Source: Octopus bimaculoides
Lineage: Eukaryota
Length of the DNA: 64,000 bases
Assembly (NCBI RefSeq): GCF_001194135.2
Contig: NC_068982.1
Span: forward strand, 155,845,501 to 155,909,500
Direction of reading: 5' to 3'
In this document: positions 11,466 through 24,905 of the stretch, piece by piece
Layout: every line of letters starts with the position of its first letter
Numbering within the stretch: the first letter of the stretch is position 1
Position numbers and translations under genes: made by a program
The notes under the pieces: model-generated
Database searches by the model: none
What the model was told of the DNA's origin: nothing
The model's input: the letters and a program-made list of their open reading frames with translations, nothing else

Positions 11466-12085
11466 CAATTAGTAGAAATGTTGCTTTTGGCGTTGAGTGT
11501 TAACAAGTTGAAATCGAAACGTTGATAGCGAAAAGGAAACTTCTGGGAGAACGGCTGCGTTTCCCTCAAAATGTTGTAACATGCTGTAAATTAATCGTTT
11601 ATGTATAAGTATTGGTATTACGGATTGGTGTGGAGTCATTAAGCAACGCACTCTAATATCTGATGCACAAACGTCTTTTCTCCTCATCTTATTTTTATTA
11701 ACATTACTATAGTTGCACCTGCTTCTCGGAGCCGTTGGTCTCGTACCAGCAGGACTCACTCAGCTCTCCTCCTCTCGATACTCACATTGTATCTATCCCT
11801 ACGCTCTTCACTAATTATTTTTGACAAATAATCCTACCCAGAATGTCAGTACTCTGGGATTCACTCATGAAGTTTTTAGTCTTCTATTTGCAGTTATTCG
11901 AGAAACTCACCTGACTTTAACGGTCTTGAAGCATCTACAAAGATCATGGGTATAATAATCCCGTCCCTCGGACTAAATGCATAAAGGAAAAAAAAAACAC
12001 ACGCAGCAACATATCTGTAGGACGCACTTAGTCGTCCGGTCGACAACCTGCATACCATAGGACTGCATAGGACTGCATAGGACTA

Positions 12086-12927
12086 CAGTTTCAAATTATG
12101 AAAAGAGTCAGGCAAGGCTAAATACTATCTTGCTACCTATTTCACCTATACGTATATACAGATCTTCAGAGAAGTAGGAGACATAATGCCAGGAGCATTA
12201 ATAGGAGGTATGAACACCGAAAATGTTATATACGCAAGCAATCCTGCCTTATTAACTTTCAGCAGAGATAACCGACTAAAATCTTGTAGCCAATGTAAAT
12301 AGCAAACAAATGTCCTGTGCACAGCTAAAACAGAGTCATCAATAAACAATTGTCTACAGAAACAGATATTATAAATAATTAAAGGGAAGCCAGTTGAATG
12401 AACATTGGTATATGCAGCATGAGAGCTGTAAATGTAAAGCATAAGTTTAATTATTGAAGTGGACAGTCATTTGACAACATGTCAAACATAAAGAAAATTA
12501 GCATGGAAACTAGTGAAAAAGTTATAAAATGTGTATTTTACGAAGCTGAAATATAAGCATTAACAAAAATAACGTCACAGATTAGAAGCTTTTGTGATGT
12601 TGGCATATAGAAAACTTTTGAGAATATCATGAACAGAATTCAAAACCATTGATGAAGTACTGAGAATGGCAAATACTATGAAAATTTTATTAGATACAAT
12701 AAAAGGAGACAAAACTAAAATATTTCGGATGCTTGATTAGGAAATCATGGTTTACCATGACTGAGAATAGGAAACAAAATGAATGTGAAGGGGAACCGAG
12801 AATTACGAGGTTGGATTATTTCAAGAATTGGACCGACTTAAGTTACAGTGAATGTAGAAGGACAGTACAAGAAAGGATTGAGACGACGATCCATTGTATT
12901 CATTTTGCTAAAAGTGGATAATGCCTG

Positions 12928-12928
<1 letters not shown>
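12086..12928 (+). mobile_element. RTE (BovB-like) LINE, 5'-truncated decayed RT and C-terminus
   Basis: Translates to KRVRQG*ILSCYLFHLY (GVRQGCILSP.LFNLY), IGGMNTENVIYAS (IGG..INNLRYADD) and LEAFVMLAYRKLLRIS*TEFKTIDEVLRMA; followed by (CA)n. Confidence 0.75.

Positions 12929-13001
<73 letters not shown>
12929..13001. repeat. (CA)n microsatellite at the RTE 3' end
   Basis: Directly visible. Confidence 0.95.
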
Positions 13002-13005
<4 letters not shown>

Positions 13006-14004
13006 ATGTAGACTGGGAGTAACATCTAAATTAAATTAATTGTGATATTGTGAAATTCCAGTCGCCAGCAATTTCAGTAAACAAATTGGTTTGCTCCAAA
13101 TTTTTTCCGACAATTAGTGTAAAATTATAAATTACATATTTATCTGAGTCAATATTATTCCTCAATAATATCATCATTGATTCTAGTACATTGGGAAGTT
13201 ATGGTCGCCTTTTGTCATATATGGTTTTCCACAGTTTGTCTGTTGGATGGGATCGTAAGTCTTGGCTCAAGCGAAAGACAAAGACTGAGTGAGTGGAAAC
13301 TGAAATGTTGTCAGGTGTTTACAGCCTTCTATTAGTTAGGCAGTACCGCCGGCGGAACTTCCATGTTAGGTTTCTATAGAAGCTGCGTGCGTCTGTGACT
13401 TTCTGTTCGTTGTTTACCATTGTATATATCTGTCTGTAACCTTCTGTTCTTCTTCATTCATTTATGAATGTGTGTTCAATGTTCCCTTCTGTTCGTTCAA
13501 TGTTTCCTACTGGTTGTGTTTCTGTGGCTTTCTATCTGCAATTCACTATTTAAGTATCTATCCATGACTCTTCATTTATTTTTGTCTCTGCCGTGTGTGT
13601 CTCTATGAATCTGTGTTCATTGCTCACTACTGCATGTGACTTGTTCATGGTTCACTATTATGTGTCTCTGTGTGGTTAACTGCTTATTGTTCACTGTCGC
13701 ATATGTCTGTATGTTTACCTGTGGCGGAGCTAGAGTATGTGCCACTCCGGATCCCACCCCACAAAAAATACAACGTATTCCCTCTAAATGGGCCGTCCCC
13801 ATAAAGCTGTCACCTGGGGAAAACCACCACCATCTCCCACAACTCCAGCTACCTACTGTATGTTTGTGTTTGATGGTTTATGTTACAGAGAATAAAATTA
13901 AAGAAAAAAAAAAGATGTCTGCTAGCACCCATCCATGTTATTGGAACTGTTTTACTTATATCATATACGCACATAATTAAGAGAATCTCGCTCAATGTAA
14001 TTTT

Positions 14005-14220
14005 TCTACTGTAGGCAGAAGGCCTGATATTTTGTGGGCGAGGGCTAATCGATTACATTGACCCCAGTGCTCTACTGATACTTATTTTATCGGCACCGAA
14101 AGGATGAAAGGCAAAGTTGATCTCAGCGGAATTTGAAGCCAGAACGTAAAAAACCTTAAGAAATGCCGCTAAGCATTTTGTTAGGCATGCTTACGATTTG
14201 TACCAGTTTGCCGCCTTAGA
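14005..14220 (-). mobile_element. SINE family B
   Basis: GAAAGGATGAAAGGCAAAGTTGATCTCAGCGGAATTTGAAGCCAGAACG on the plus strand. Confidence 0.8.
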
Positions 14221-14269
14221 ACATCGCTTGATATAATGCAGATAAAATATTGAGTTTCTTTCAGTTTAG

Positions 14270-14570
14270 GATGCACTATAGTATATTGTAGTGTGGTTTA
14301 GAAATATAGAAGTGTACTTGCAGTGCTGTTACTTACTTAATGCTTCAAACAGTCGTTGGTTTATGCTGTATGGTTGTATATTCCACTCGTAACGGTTTTC
14401 GTTTGTTCCTTCAATGGGAGGGAATCTTATCATTTGGTCCGCATATATAAACTGGAGTATTGCTAGATGGATGGGATTTGCTTTTGTTTAGATAACTCGT
14501 TTAGATTCTTTTCGTAATTCCTTCATAGTTCTCTCAAGACTTTACTTCTGTACCCAATGGAAGTTAAATG
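14270..14570 (-). mobile_element. possible decayed CR1-type LINE 3' fragment
   Basis: Minus-strand pieces such as SINQRLFEALSK resemble the CR1 C-terminal PRLFN.LPK; many stops. Confidence 0.35.
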
Positions 14571-14689
14571 TATTTAAAATATATTATTCTATAATAACTC
14601 AATATGAACAGTATCTATTTCAGACATACATACATACATACGTACATGACAAAGGTATCTACTACCTTAATTGCTGCTATAGGGAGACT

Positions 14690-16435
14690 CACAAAGACAT
14701 GGACAACTATTCTTACCCTTACGACTAAGAACAGAATAATTGTTACTAATAGTATAGACATTACAAAGAGAACGTTCCAGGGAGATAGTCTTTATGTACT
14801 TCTTTTCATTTTGGCACTGAATCCATTATCGTTCCTATTTTAGAAAACAAATGGTTACATGCTAAGATCTTCAAGTGCCAGAAATATCAATGTAACTCAT
14901 ATTTTCTTTGTGGACGATCTCAAGATGTATGCTAAAAGTGTTAACAATGCCATAAAACAAATGGAATTAATAACAACATTTTCAGCTGATATAGGCATGG
15001 AATTTGGCCAAAAGAAGTGTTCATATTTGGTTATAGAACGAGGAAAGTTAGTTCCCCAAATCCAAAACCTGTGCATCAACGGTCTCTCTACCTCCTCCAT
15101 TCCACACAAAGAATGTTACAAGTACCTAGGCATAGACGAAAATGTATCATATGAAGGCACTGTGAATAAAGATAGAGTAACCCGAGAATATTAAACCATA
15201 CTTAGAAAAATATGGCAGTCGGAACTCTCCTCTAACAAAACTATATCCCACAATGCATTTGCAGTACCAGTGCTGATCCCAACATTTGTGATACTTGATT
15301 GGTCTGTAGAGGAAATCCACTCCATAGATATCAAAACCCGCAAAATCCTAACAACAACTGGGGACTTCCACAGAAACAGTGAATGAATGTAGTAGAGGCC
15401 TGAGATCAGTGTAGACAGCCTTCGAATGCCGTATGGTATCATTCAGGCAGCACCTACCGAACGACAGCAGCAAAAATTAATATGTTAATGCAGTGCTGAA
15501 AAGTGAAGAAGAGCAACATTGTACGAGTTGGCAGTGAGCTCAAGAAGCACTCTTTTCCTGATGATTTCCTATACAGCCCCACAACAGCTGGGCTCTCTTA
15601 TCTCAGAGAAGACCTGGATGGAAAGCACTCAGCATACAAAAAAAAAAAGACCATGCATTGCCCGGAAGCTTGAAGAAGATAGTAGAATTGACACGAAGCG
15701 CAGCCTCTCTTGGATAAAAGATCACTACATCACATCACACTTTGAAGGTTATGCGTTTGCAATCCAGGAACAGGAGATTACCACAAAGTACCTGGTGAAC
15801 AATAGAGACAGTGACGCTCTTGTAATCCCAAGGTGCAACCGCAAGTGTAGGATATGTCATGTTTCTGTGGAAGACATTACTCATGTGATCAGCAGCTGTC
15901 CTAAAATGTCGCCACGGTACTACCTCCCTATGCGGCACGATGTTGTAGCTAAAATAATTTACAATGCCATCCACACAAAAAAAAAAAAAGACTGTCCTGA
16001 AATAAACTTAGAAAATCCCTCTGTTATGGAATACATTCATAAACACCAACTCAAGGAATACTGGTGGAATATACCCATCAAAATTTCTGTCAAATGTTAG
16101 CATAACAGGCCGGATATTGTTGTTTGGGATAGAGGGGCAAAGGTATGTACCATCATAGAGTTTAGCTACCCTGCAGTTATAAATATCTCTTTGAAAATCG
16201 AAGAAAAAGAGGATATCTATGGGTAACTGCTTCGAAACCTCCAGCTTCTATATGCAAATTATGAATTTATATTCGTACCAATAATAATCGGAGCACTAGG
16301 TTTTTCAATAAATGCTTAAAGGAGAATCTGGATAAACTGGGATTTTCAGAAAGAGAAATTGACCGGCTGATTCGTACATTACAAAGTGCAATCTGTGAGT
16401 GGAACAGTAAATGTATGCAAGACTTTTCTCAAATT
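14690..16435 (+). mobile_element. R4/Dong-clade non-LTR retrotransposon relic (RT domains 3-7, CCHC knuckle, restriction-like endonuclease)
   Basis: FQGDSL (about 14775), HIFFVDDLKMY, DIGMEFGQKKC, YKYLG, CRICHVSVEDITHVISSC, RHDVVAK, HNRPDIVVWD...IIEFSYP, VPIIIGALG; several frameshifts and stops. Confidence 0.9.
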
Positions 16436-17233
16436 ACAGCTTGGTTGGCTTTGCCTTTCATCCTTTGAGGGTTGATAAAATAAGTACTAGTTGAATGTGT
16501 AACCAGTTCACTTGATCATACAACTGGAATGATCATCCTAGAAACAGATGAAGATCCATTTCCTTTAGTTTTTGTCTGCTTGTACACATCAGCAAATGAG
16601 CCAATGAGGTAATCTCTGTGTGGTTGTTCAATTTGCTAGAAATAACAGCCAAATTTCCCTCATACTATGCTCTAACATTTTAAGCATGAAGGACACATTA
16701 AGTAATGTTGTCCTACACCTTCAATAAAAATACAAAATGGCTCATTCTGGCCTGACCTGGGTTTAAACTGCAAGGCATTCGTTGCAACGAATGTAAATAC
16801 AGAAAACTTCACGAAATATATGTAAAATATATATGAAAAATATGTAAAATATTAAGACTATTGACGAAAAATATCTACAATAAAATTCTGATTGATAAAT
16901 ATAAATTTTTATTAAAACAAAACACGCGGGTGAAGTAAATCTCGTAGTGTGAAAAATCAACACGACACAACGTGCGGGTGAAGTGAAACACAACACAACG
17001 TGCGGTTGTCATGGTAACAAGCTGTTAATGTCTCACTGTCTGTTGATTGGCTAAAATTACCCAAATATTCCCAACTTTAATTCCAAATAACATCATATTC
17101 TTTAATTTATGAGATAAAGTAATTGGTGGATCGTAATCAAAATTCAGAGTTGCATCGATACACCAAAATTGAAAGCAATCTGAGCAAAATTAAAGGGGGG
17201 CTGATTTTATGAATCAATTTAACTAGATCCTCA

Positions 17234-17311
17234 ATTTGTTCGACTAAAGGCGGTGCTCCAGCATGGCCGCAGTCAAGTGACTGAAACAAATAAATGAGTA
17301 AAAGAGTAAAG
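17234..17311 (+). mobile_element. SINE family A 3' tail only
   Basis: TTTGTTCGACTAAAGGCGGTGCTCCAGCATGGCCGCAGTCAAGTGACTGAAAC followed by (GAGTAAAA)-like repeats. Confidence 0.8.
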
Positions 17312-17394
17312 AAACTAATGAAGTGAAGTGAAACATACAAATGGTATATCTTTCTCGGTTTGTTGGAAGTTATTACTCTTCCAGGCGGTTTCTT

Positions 17395-17570
17395 GAATTC
17401 TTAGATATAGCAGCCAAATTTCACCGAAATCACATCCACTGTCTTAAAGAGGAGAAAGACACAATGGATAAACATGGAACAGCTATAATGTATAAACATA
17501 CTGTACACAGTTGGAATATTTCCGATCATAGGTTTGTACCACCAGGTTTGACCTGGGGCTAAACAACAAC
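17395..17570 (+). mobile_element. SINE-like family C
   Basis: AGATATAGCAGCCAAATTTC...GATCATAGGTTTG...TGACCTGGGGCTAAACAACAAC. Confidence 0.65.
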
Positions 17571-17747
17571 CGAAAAATTAATAAAAATCTAAAAGTACAC
17601 TAGTAATTTCTTACACAAGACAGAGAATTATAATGTACGAAAAACGAGATGTAGCTTTGTCCGTGCGTTTCTCAATGAAATGATAGAAATTAGGGAAGTG
17701 AAGATGTTATAAACAAGGAAGACAGATTAGGCTGGTTATGAGCTTAC

Positions 17748-18360
17748 CTCATGCGGCAGTGCTGACAATCAACTTTTAAATATATATAACTAAGGATTTC
17801 TATTTCCGTCTTTTGGCCCATACTCACTGGTTTCTTTTCTGCCTTTCATTCTGTTTAAGTTTTTATCTTCTTTCCCTGGTAGTGAAATACAGTGTCTGTA
17901 GGCTTCATTCAGCAGACATTTCCCCCTGCCACCACCAGATCCTTGTTCTCCAAGAATTAGTTTCTAATTACGCTACTACACTTAATTGTTTCCTCTCTTT
18001 ACAATTTCACACTCTTTTTCGAAAATGGCCGTCCACTGACGTGATGATGGTTATGTCGCTGCTGTTGCTGGTGGTGGTGGAAAGGTTATTGTTGTCGTTG
18101 GCGGTGGTGAACGAGAAGGAGCAAGTCTTTGCACATGATCAGATCAAGTATATCGGTGAAGTAGCTTGCAGCTAAATAAGGAAAAGCCTTTATTATTCGT
18201 CTCCTTCCCCCCGCATTAAATACATATGGTCGGACGTGGCAGCGGATAGCACTTCACAGACGGATTTGTTCGAGCAATCACTTAACTTTTCGCCACAGTT
18301 AACCGGTCAGTCAGCCTAATGTAAGAACTGCTTCGGAAATTACGTATCAACACTTCCCTA
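17748..18360 (-). promoter_or_regulatory. candidate 5' UTR/first exon of a minus-strand host gene
   Basis: Minus strand CTGCCGC-ATG-AG|GTAAGC (ATG at 17752-17750, donor at 17747); YY1-like CGGCCATTTT at 18022-18031; non-repetitive and CpG-richer than the background. Confidence 0.3.
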
Positions 18361-18572
18361 ATCTTCTCTTAATGAATACGACCATTTTAAAGATGTCACG
18401 AAATCAGCATTGGAAGAACCGATTACATTGACATACAAACATACATACACACAAACATTGGTAACACATACACACAAACATTGGTAACACATACACACCA
18501 TCAAGAGCATCATACACATACGCACACACACACACAAATAGATACAGAATCATATATATATATGTGTGTGTG

Positions 18573-18619
<47 letters not shown>

Positions 18620-20098
18620 NNNNNNNNNNNNNNNNNNNNNNNNNNNNNNNNNNNNNNNNNNNNNNNNNNNNNNNNNNNNNNNNNNNNNNNNNNNNNNNNN
18701 NNNNNNNNNNATATATATATATATATATATATATAAATATATAAGCACACTTATACGCCAGACGTAAAGAAGGAATAGACGAAGTTGTACTCTCAGCGAA
18801 CACCAGCCGACAGATACACGAAAGAGGCGAGAGGGGAGTCAAGTGACTGATAAAGTGTTAGCGTTCAAACCAAAACCAAAGGAAGATAAATAACATAAAA
18901 AAAATTATGCCATTGTTTTAAACAATTATTTGCTGCACAACCACCTTCTATATTTCTCCTCCCATCCCACTGCCACTGTCTTGCTATTAGCAATCAAGTT
19001 TGGACCAGCCAATAATTAATGACTGATCGCGTTCGTATATGTGTGTGTGTATGTGTGTGTGTGTGTGTGCGTGTGCGTGCGTACGTGTGTGTGTGTGTGT
19101 GTGAGTGTGTGTGTGTGTGTGAGTGTGTGTATGCGTCTTTCTGCGCGCGCGTGCGTGCTGTTTCAGTCACCAGTCTAACGTCCTCACGTTCGGTTGAATC
19201 CTGCGGTTGGCTTAGTCTGTTAGTGTGAGTTAATCGCAGTGACAAGCGACGTTTGATTCGTTGAGAGCCGAACCGGCCGTCCAGGTCATTTGGGCAACTA
19301 TGTTTAGCGGAAGAAGGAACCATTTTGAACCGTTTCTAAAGAGGGAAAAAAGGAGGAGAAGTTTAATACAATGCGTCTTGATATTTATTTGATTTAACGA
19401 ACAGCTCTAAGTGGATTTCAAAATCTTAGCATAATAGCTGCGGGCTATGGGACTGGAGAAGTGAATGGGGGAAGAATAAACAATTTGCGAGTGAATAGCT
19501 CTTTTCTACTACATCAGAGCAATTTGTAACCCCTCGAATACTAACTCGCGAGTGCCTGTTGTGTTAATCATTATTGAGTCAACATTAAGAAACTAATCAC
19601 TAAATTAGCCATAATGCTGTGAATTTCTCGATGCTTCTTGTCTTAAACGAATCTAGATAATATCAAGTAATTTTTAACACCTCATTTCCATCATGGCGAC
19701 GTTTTCTTCAAGTGTTGACAGTCAACGGAAAACAGTGCAAGAGTATATAAAAACAACAACGTTCTAATTTTCTATTCTCTACAGATATGAATCCGGTCTA
19801 TAATCGTTCTATGTACTTTTGACTAGTTGTTTTCTATGTTTTACTTACTATGGAAATGTTTTAAAGGAAATTTGACAATGTTTTACAGTGAAACATTGGA
19901 GAAAAGACAATATAAAGAGGAGGATAAAAATGAGGGCAAGGATGAAAGGGGGCAGCGAGGGTACATTCAGCAGGCGGAAAGAAACAAGAGAAAGAAGGCG
20001 GAATGGTCACGGCTTGAATATCTTTAGGTGCAGCTCTATCTGGACAAGAGTGACTTGGAGATAAATGAGGAGAATGAGAAAAGGGAAAAGTAAATGGA

Positions 20099-20187
20099 GA
20101 AGAAGAAGAAAACAAAGAAGACGAAGAAGAAGAAGAAGAAGAAGAAGAAGAAGAAGAAGAAGAAGAAGAAGAAGAAGAAGAAGAAGA
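20099..20187. repeat. (GAA)n microsatellite in a purine tract
   Basis: Directly visible. Confidence 0.95.
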
Positions 20188-20933
20188 ATGAAAAGAATAA
20201 GAAAAATAAGGATGCGAAGGAGAAAGACAAGAAAATGAAAGATAACAATGAGAAGAAGTAAAAGAAAAAGAAATAGTATCAGAAGAAAACAGATGTATTA
20301 GGGGAGGAGGAGAAGAAAAAGAAAAAAAGAATGAGAAGCTAAAACGACTTTCTTTTTAATCTTCTTTTTCCCCTCATTCTTCTCATTTGTTTTCTTTTTC
20401 TCCTCCTTCCCCCTCTTCTCTTCATACTTTTTGAGAAGAAGAATGAGGAGGTGAAGGAGTAACGAGGAGGAGAAAAGTGATGAGGAGAAAAGACGAAGTG
20501 ATTATATATCTGAGAAAGTTAAAGTTTAAAGAGACAAACATATTTTCTTTGGTAACTTAAAAGTGATGTGTTAAAACTGTTGTAGTGAAACTCCTTTAGT
20601 GCCTTAGGAAGGATATGTGCATCAGAACTCCCACATCTCTCTTCCTAAAAATCAATCATTCATTTATATATGATATATTGTATTTTTTGATCAGTGAACC
20701 ACAAAATATAGATTTCATCTTTGACTCCATGGTTGTCATCAGGGAATCACGTTAATAGGTAGCACAGCCTGCTAGAAATAGAAACCAAATCGACTTCAGA
20801 TATACATAACTGCCTGAAAATAATAACGTACCTATTTGGTAAAGTAGTTCTAAATGTGTTACCAGAAATAAAAAGAATAGAAGGAGGGGATGACTGGAAT
20901 GTAATAGAACATGCGCCTGCTCGATGACATTTT

Positions 20934-21317
20934 TGTTGTTGTTGGCACTCCGTCGCTTACGACGTCGAGGGTTCCAGTTGATCCGATCAACGGAACAGCC
21001 TGCTCGTGAAATTAACGTGCAAGTGGCTGAGCACTCCACAGACACGTGTACTCTTAACGTAGTTCTCGGAGATATTCAGCGTGACACAGTGACAAGGCTG
21101 ACCCTTTGAATTACAGGTACAACAGAAACAGGAAGAAAGAGTGAGAGAAATTGTGGTGGAAGAGTACAGCAGGGTTCGCCACCATCCTCTGCCGGAGCCT
21201 CGTGGAGCTTTAGGTGTTTTCGCTCAATAAACACTCACAACGCCCGGTCTGGGAATCGAAACCGCGATCCTATGACCGGGAGTCCGCTGCCTTAACCACC
21301 GGGCCATTGCGCCTCCA
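20934..21317 (-). mobile_element. tRNA-derived SINE family E, full length, (CAA)n tail
   Basis: Near-identical reverse complement of 37636-38020; A-box TGGCCCGGTGGTTAAGG and B-box GGTTTCGATTCC. Confidence 0.9.
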
Positions 21318-21394
21318 AGGGCTAAACAACAGGGAAGGTGAATTAGAATATCAAGCTAGCCACTTTAAAAATGATTTCTAATTTAGATTTCTTT

Positions 21395-21600
21395 TTAAAA
21401 ATTTAGCACAAGGCCAACAATTTTGAGGGAAGGATGTTATTATATACCATCAATCCCAATATTTTGTTGGTACTGTATTTTATCGAGTTCGAAAAGATGA
21501 AAGTAAAAGTTAACCTTAGGGGGATTTGAAACCAGAACGTAAAGAGCTGGAAAAAAATACCGCATGTCATTTTGTCCAAAGCTCATCAGCCTTCTCTTTC
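21395..21600 (-). mobile_element. SINE family B, decayed
   Basis: TTTAGCACAAGGCC...TTTTATCGAG..CGAAAAGATGAAAG..AAAGTTAACC. Confidence 0.7.
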
Positions 21601-21852
21601 GGAGTCGAACCAATTTATTTGAGCAATTAAATGGTTAAATTATAATGAATGCTGGATAATGACCGAAAGAGTACAATCTAGCTACAACCGTAGTTGGGTT
21701 CCTTGAGGTATCTCTGGAGTAATGTTACTCGACAAGGTTTGTTGCTCGGAAACTAGGAATTCTCTCAACGTCGTGTCTCTCCAGCTATTCTTCCGCCTTG
21801 AGAGGTCAGGGTTCTGGTACAACGGACATGTGACCAGAGAGAGAGAGAGAGG

Positions 21853-21889
<37 letters not shown>

Positions 21890-23784
21890 GGAGAGAGAGA
21901 GAGAGAGANNNNNNNNNNNNNNNNNNNNNNNNNNNNNNNNNNNNNNNNNNNNNNNNNNNNNNNNNNNNNNNNNNNNNNNNNNNNNNNNNNNNNNNNNNNN
22001 NNNNNNNNNNNNNNNNNNNNNNNNNNNNNNNNNNNNNNNNNNNNNNNNNNNNNNNNNNNNNNNNNNNNNNNNNNNNNNNNNNNNNNNNNNNNNNNNNNNN
22101 NNNNNNNNNNNNNNNNNNNNNNNNNNNNNNNNNNNNNNNNNNNNNNNNNNNNNNNNNNNNNNNNNNNNNNNNNNNNNNNNNNNNNNNNNNNNNNNNNNNN
22201 NNNNNNNNNNNNNNNNNNNNNNNNNNNNNNNNNNNNNNNNNNNNNNNNNNNNNNNNNNNNNNNNNNNNNNNNNNNNNNNNNNNNNNNNNNNNNNNNNNNN
22301 NNNNNNNNNNNNNNNNNNNNNNNNNNNNNNNNNNNNNNNNNNNNNNNNNNNNNNNNNNNNNNNNNNNNATATACATGTATCTATACACGTATGTATGTAT
22401 ATTATTCGCCGATGTATACTAACGAAGGGTATAATCGTTCAAAGGAAAACCGTTTTCTTTTTTACCAATAAAGTATCTAGAGACATTTGTTCTGCTTCGA
22501 GTTACAGACACTCCCTTGTCATCATTCGTCGTTAAAAAAGCTGTGATCCAGTGAGTACTCTGCTGAAAGACTATAACGGACAATGTTACTGATCACGAAT
22601 TGCGATATTTAAATAAGAATATATTAAAATGTCTTGTTCGTGTACACAGGAGATAGTCCACAGCGGAATATTTTTGACTTACGACCCATATCTCTTAGCT
22701 ATAGAAGAGTTCGCCGTCTTATTTAAATAACCAATTCTTCTCATAGAAACTAATCCAACGTTATAAAAGAACGATGCTGTCCGCCATAATATACTACGAC
22801 ATATAATTGTATTAGACGTTCGCTGTCATGTGTAGGGTGTCTTTATTTTCTCTGTACAATTTTTTTTTAGGAAAAGGACATTTATTATATTGGATATGTG
22901 TGTGTGTTTGTGTGTGTATGTGTATGTGTGTATGTGTGTGTGTGTTTGTGTGTGTGTGGTTGAAGTGGCGATAAATGGCACTTTCTTTAGGTTTAACAAT
23001 GGTGAGGAATTTCAAGAAGATTATTCTGATTCAGAACCCAAAATCTGTTTGGCTTTTACTTGGCTTGAAGAAGGAGAAATATTTACTCCACAGTCACGCG
23101 GAAATACATTCACATAGAAATTCACATGCGTACAAATACTCCCACCATATACATACATTCTTGCATATATATACTCACCCGATACGTGTAGACCTCCCCT
23201 CCGCACTGTACATTATCAGACAGACGTACATCTTCGCTAACACATAAACAACATTTATACATATATGCACTTATATACAACTGTATCTACGGCTTTAACA
23301 TACACGGAAGATGTTCTTTTGTATTCCCAAGATTACCCTTCAAATATTTATCATCATTTTTATAAACTCTTACCCTTTATTCTTTCCAGTTAGATTTCTG
23401 GTAGTTTTCTTCTAAGGGAAATAAACCAGAGATTACTGAAGCGGGGTAGGAGAGAAAATACCATGGTCGGTAAACAGCGCGATCGGTGACCGGTGACAAC
23501 CATTTTAATCATCTTCAAGGCTGGTTGTTGGCAAGGATTAGAATGGCTACCTTTCTTGGAGATAGACCATATTGTCACATCTCTATAAGTTAGGAGAAAT
23601 AACCGTAGAGAGATAAAATTAAGTGTCTAGTGAGGATACAGTCAAATTTAGAAACAATCATGTTAGTGATAGTATGACTGGCGACCAAGGAATTCGATGC
23701 AGATTACTGGCAAATAAAGAAATCAAGCATCATTCATAATTAAGTAAATTTAATTCATAATTTCTAAATTTTAATAATGTAACA

Positions 23785-23930
23785 TGGAGTTGAGTTTAAA
23801 TTCCGCCGAGGTTGACTTTGCCTTTCATCCTTTCGGAGTCGATAAAACAAGTACCAGTTGAGTACTGGGGTCGATGTTGTCAACTTGCCCCATCCCCCGA
23901 AATTGCTAGCCTTATGCTAAAATTTGAAAT
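23785..23930 (+). mobile_element. SINE family B, 5'-truncated
   Basis: AAATTCCGCCGAGGTTGACTTTGCCTTTCATCCTTTCGGAGTCGATAAAACAAGTACCAG. Confidence 0.85.
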
Positions 23931-24714
23931 CAGTAATGTTAAAAGGAGTTCTGTTAGGGTTATTTGTTTTTCGAGAAGAGCTGTTTATTTAAAAGGGTTA
24001 GCTTTGTCGACATCTTCGTAGTTTTGTTAGAGTGCAACGTTTTAATTTTATTAAAATAATTAAACCGAGGATAAAATTCTATATTTTTTGAGAATGAAGG
24101 AAACCCATAATCTGTTCTTGTACACTGGCTCTGATTCTTTGTAATTTGATGTTATACAATAGATACCTTTTACGTACAATGTAAAACAAATGTCAACGGA
24201 CGGAAGTTTCTGAACTTATTAAAAGATAGAGATTTATAGCGTGCTCTTGTATTTTGAACCATGTTTTATATTGAAAATATATCAGACCAAAGGTCCTCTC
24301 CCATTTTTTTTGCCTATGGACCCCTTTGATCACTATTTTATTCTGGTGGATGCTCATAGCCATTCCATTTTTAAATACTAGTTTTATAGATACTTCTTTC
24401 AAAATTCCTATTTTTTTTTTAGATTCTCACACATTTACTTGTGTTGGCTTGTAATCTGAGCTAACATGCTTCAGTGGCTGGTAACATGTTGAGCTAAATA
24501 AAACATAGAGAAAGAACCCTTGCTGTTTCTTGCAATTAGTACATCCAAAGCAAAATTTTTTCACGAACCTTTAAAAATACTACTGTGGATCCCAGTTTAC
24601 TAGTTTGTTTGCATGAAACCCACAAATCTTATATGAACTCGCTGGGCTCTCATGGACCCCAGTTGAGAATCACCGTATTAAAAGAATAACTACATATCCA
24701 GTTTAGTACAGTAG

Positions 24715-24905
24715 TGTTAGTCTAATCCCTAAGTCATCAATCATCCAGCAGACTTTTAATCAAAAGCATTTCAGTAACGACCTTCATGTCTTTCTTGTAT
24801 ATTTAAAACTATATTCTCTACTGTGCCTTTCTTTTAAGACTGTGCAGTGTGTGATTTGAGGGAGATTTGACTGCTATTTCCAGTTGATCTATTGATTGAG
24901 TACAA
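24715..24905 (-). mobile_element. SINE-like family C, decayed
   Basis: CAGCAGAC...ATCAAAAGCATTTCAG...GTGATTTGAGGGAGATTTGACTGCTATTTCCAG. Confidence 0.6.

Noticed and set aside
13230-13470. Minus-strand DARSFYRNL / DKLWKTIY resembling the R4 pre-RT region
   Set aside because: Only two short motifs with many stops; insufficient.
17261-17290. SINE/CR1 tail hairpin plus GAAAC as a half-hammerhead
   Set aside because: No CUGANGA upstream in any copy; better explained as an RT-recognition stem-loop.
18444-18498. 23-bp tandem duplication; also small ones near 4703, 32495 and 63783
   Set aside because: Ordinary slippage products in low-complexity context.
22480-22535. Minus-strand ATGATGA...GAGT/ACTC-GAAGC hammerhead-like remnant, with a possible GIY-YIG piece (KPKESAIYRHFNH) near 22960-23070
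   Set aside because: Several core positions are mutated, there is no stem I or III, and protein similarity is too weak.
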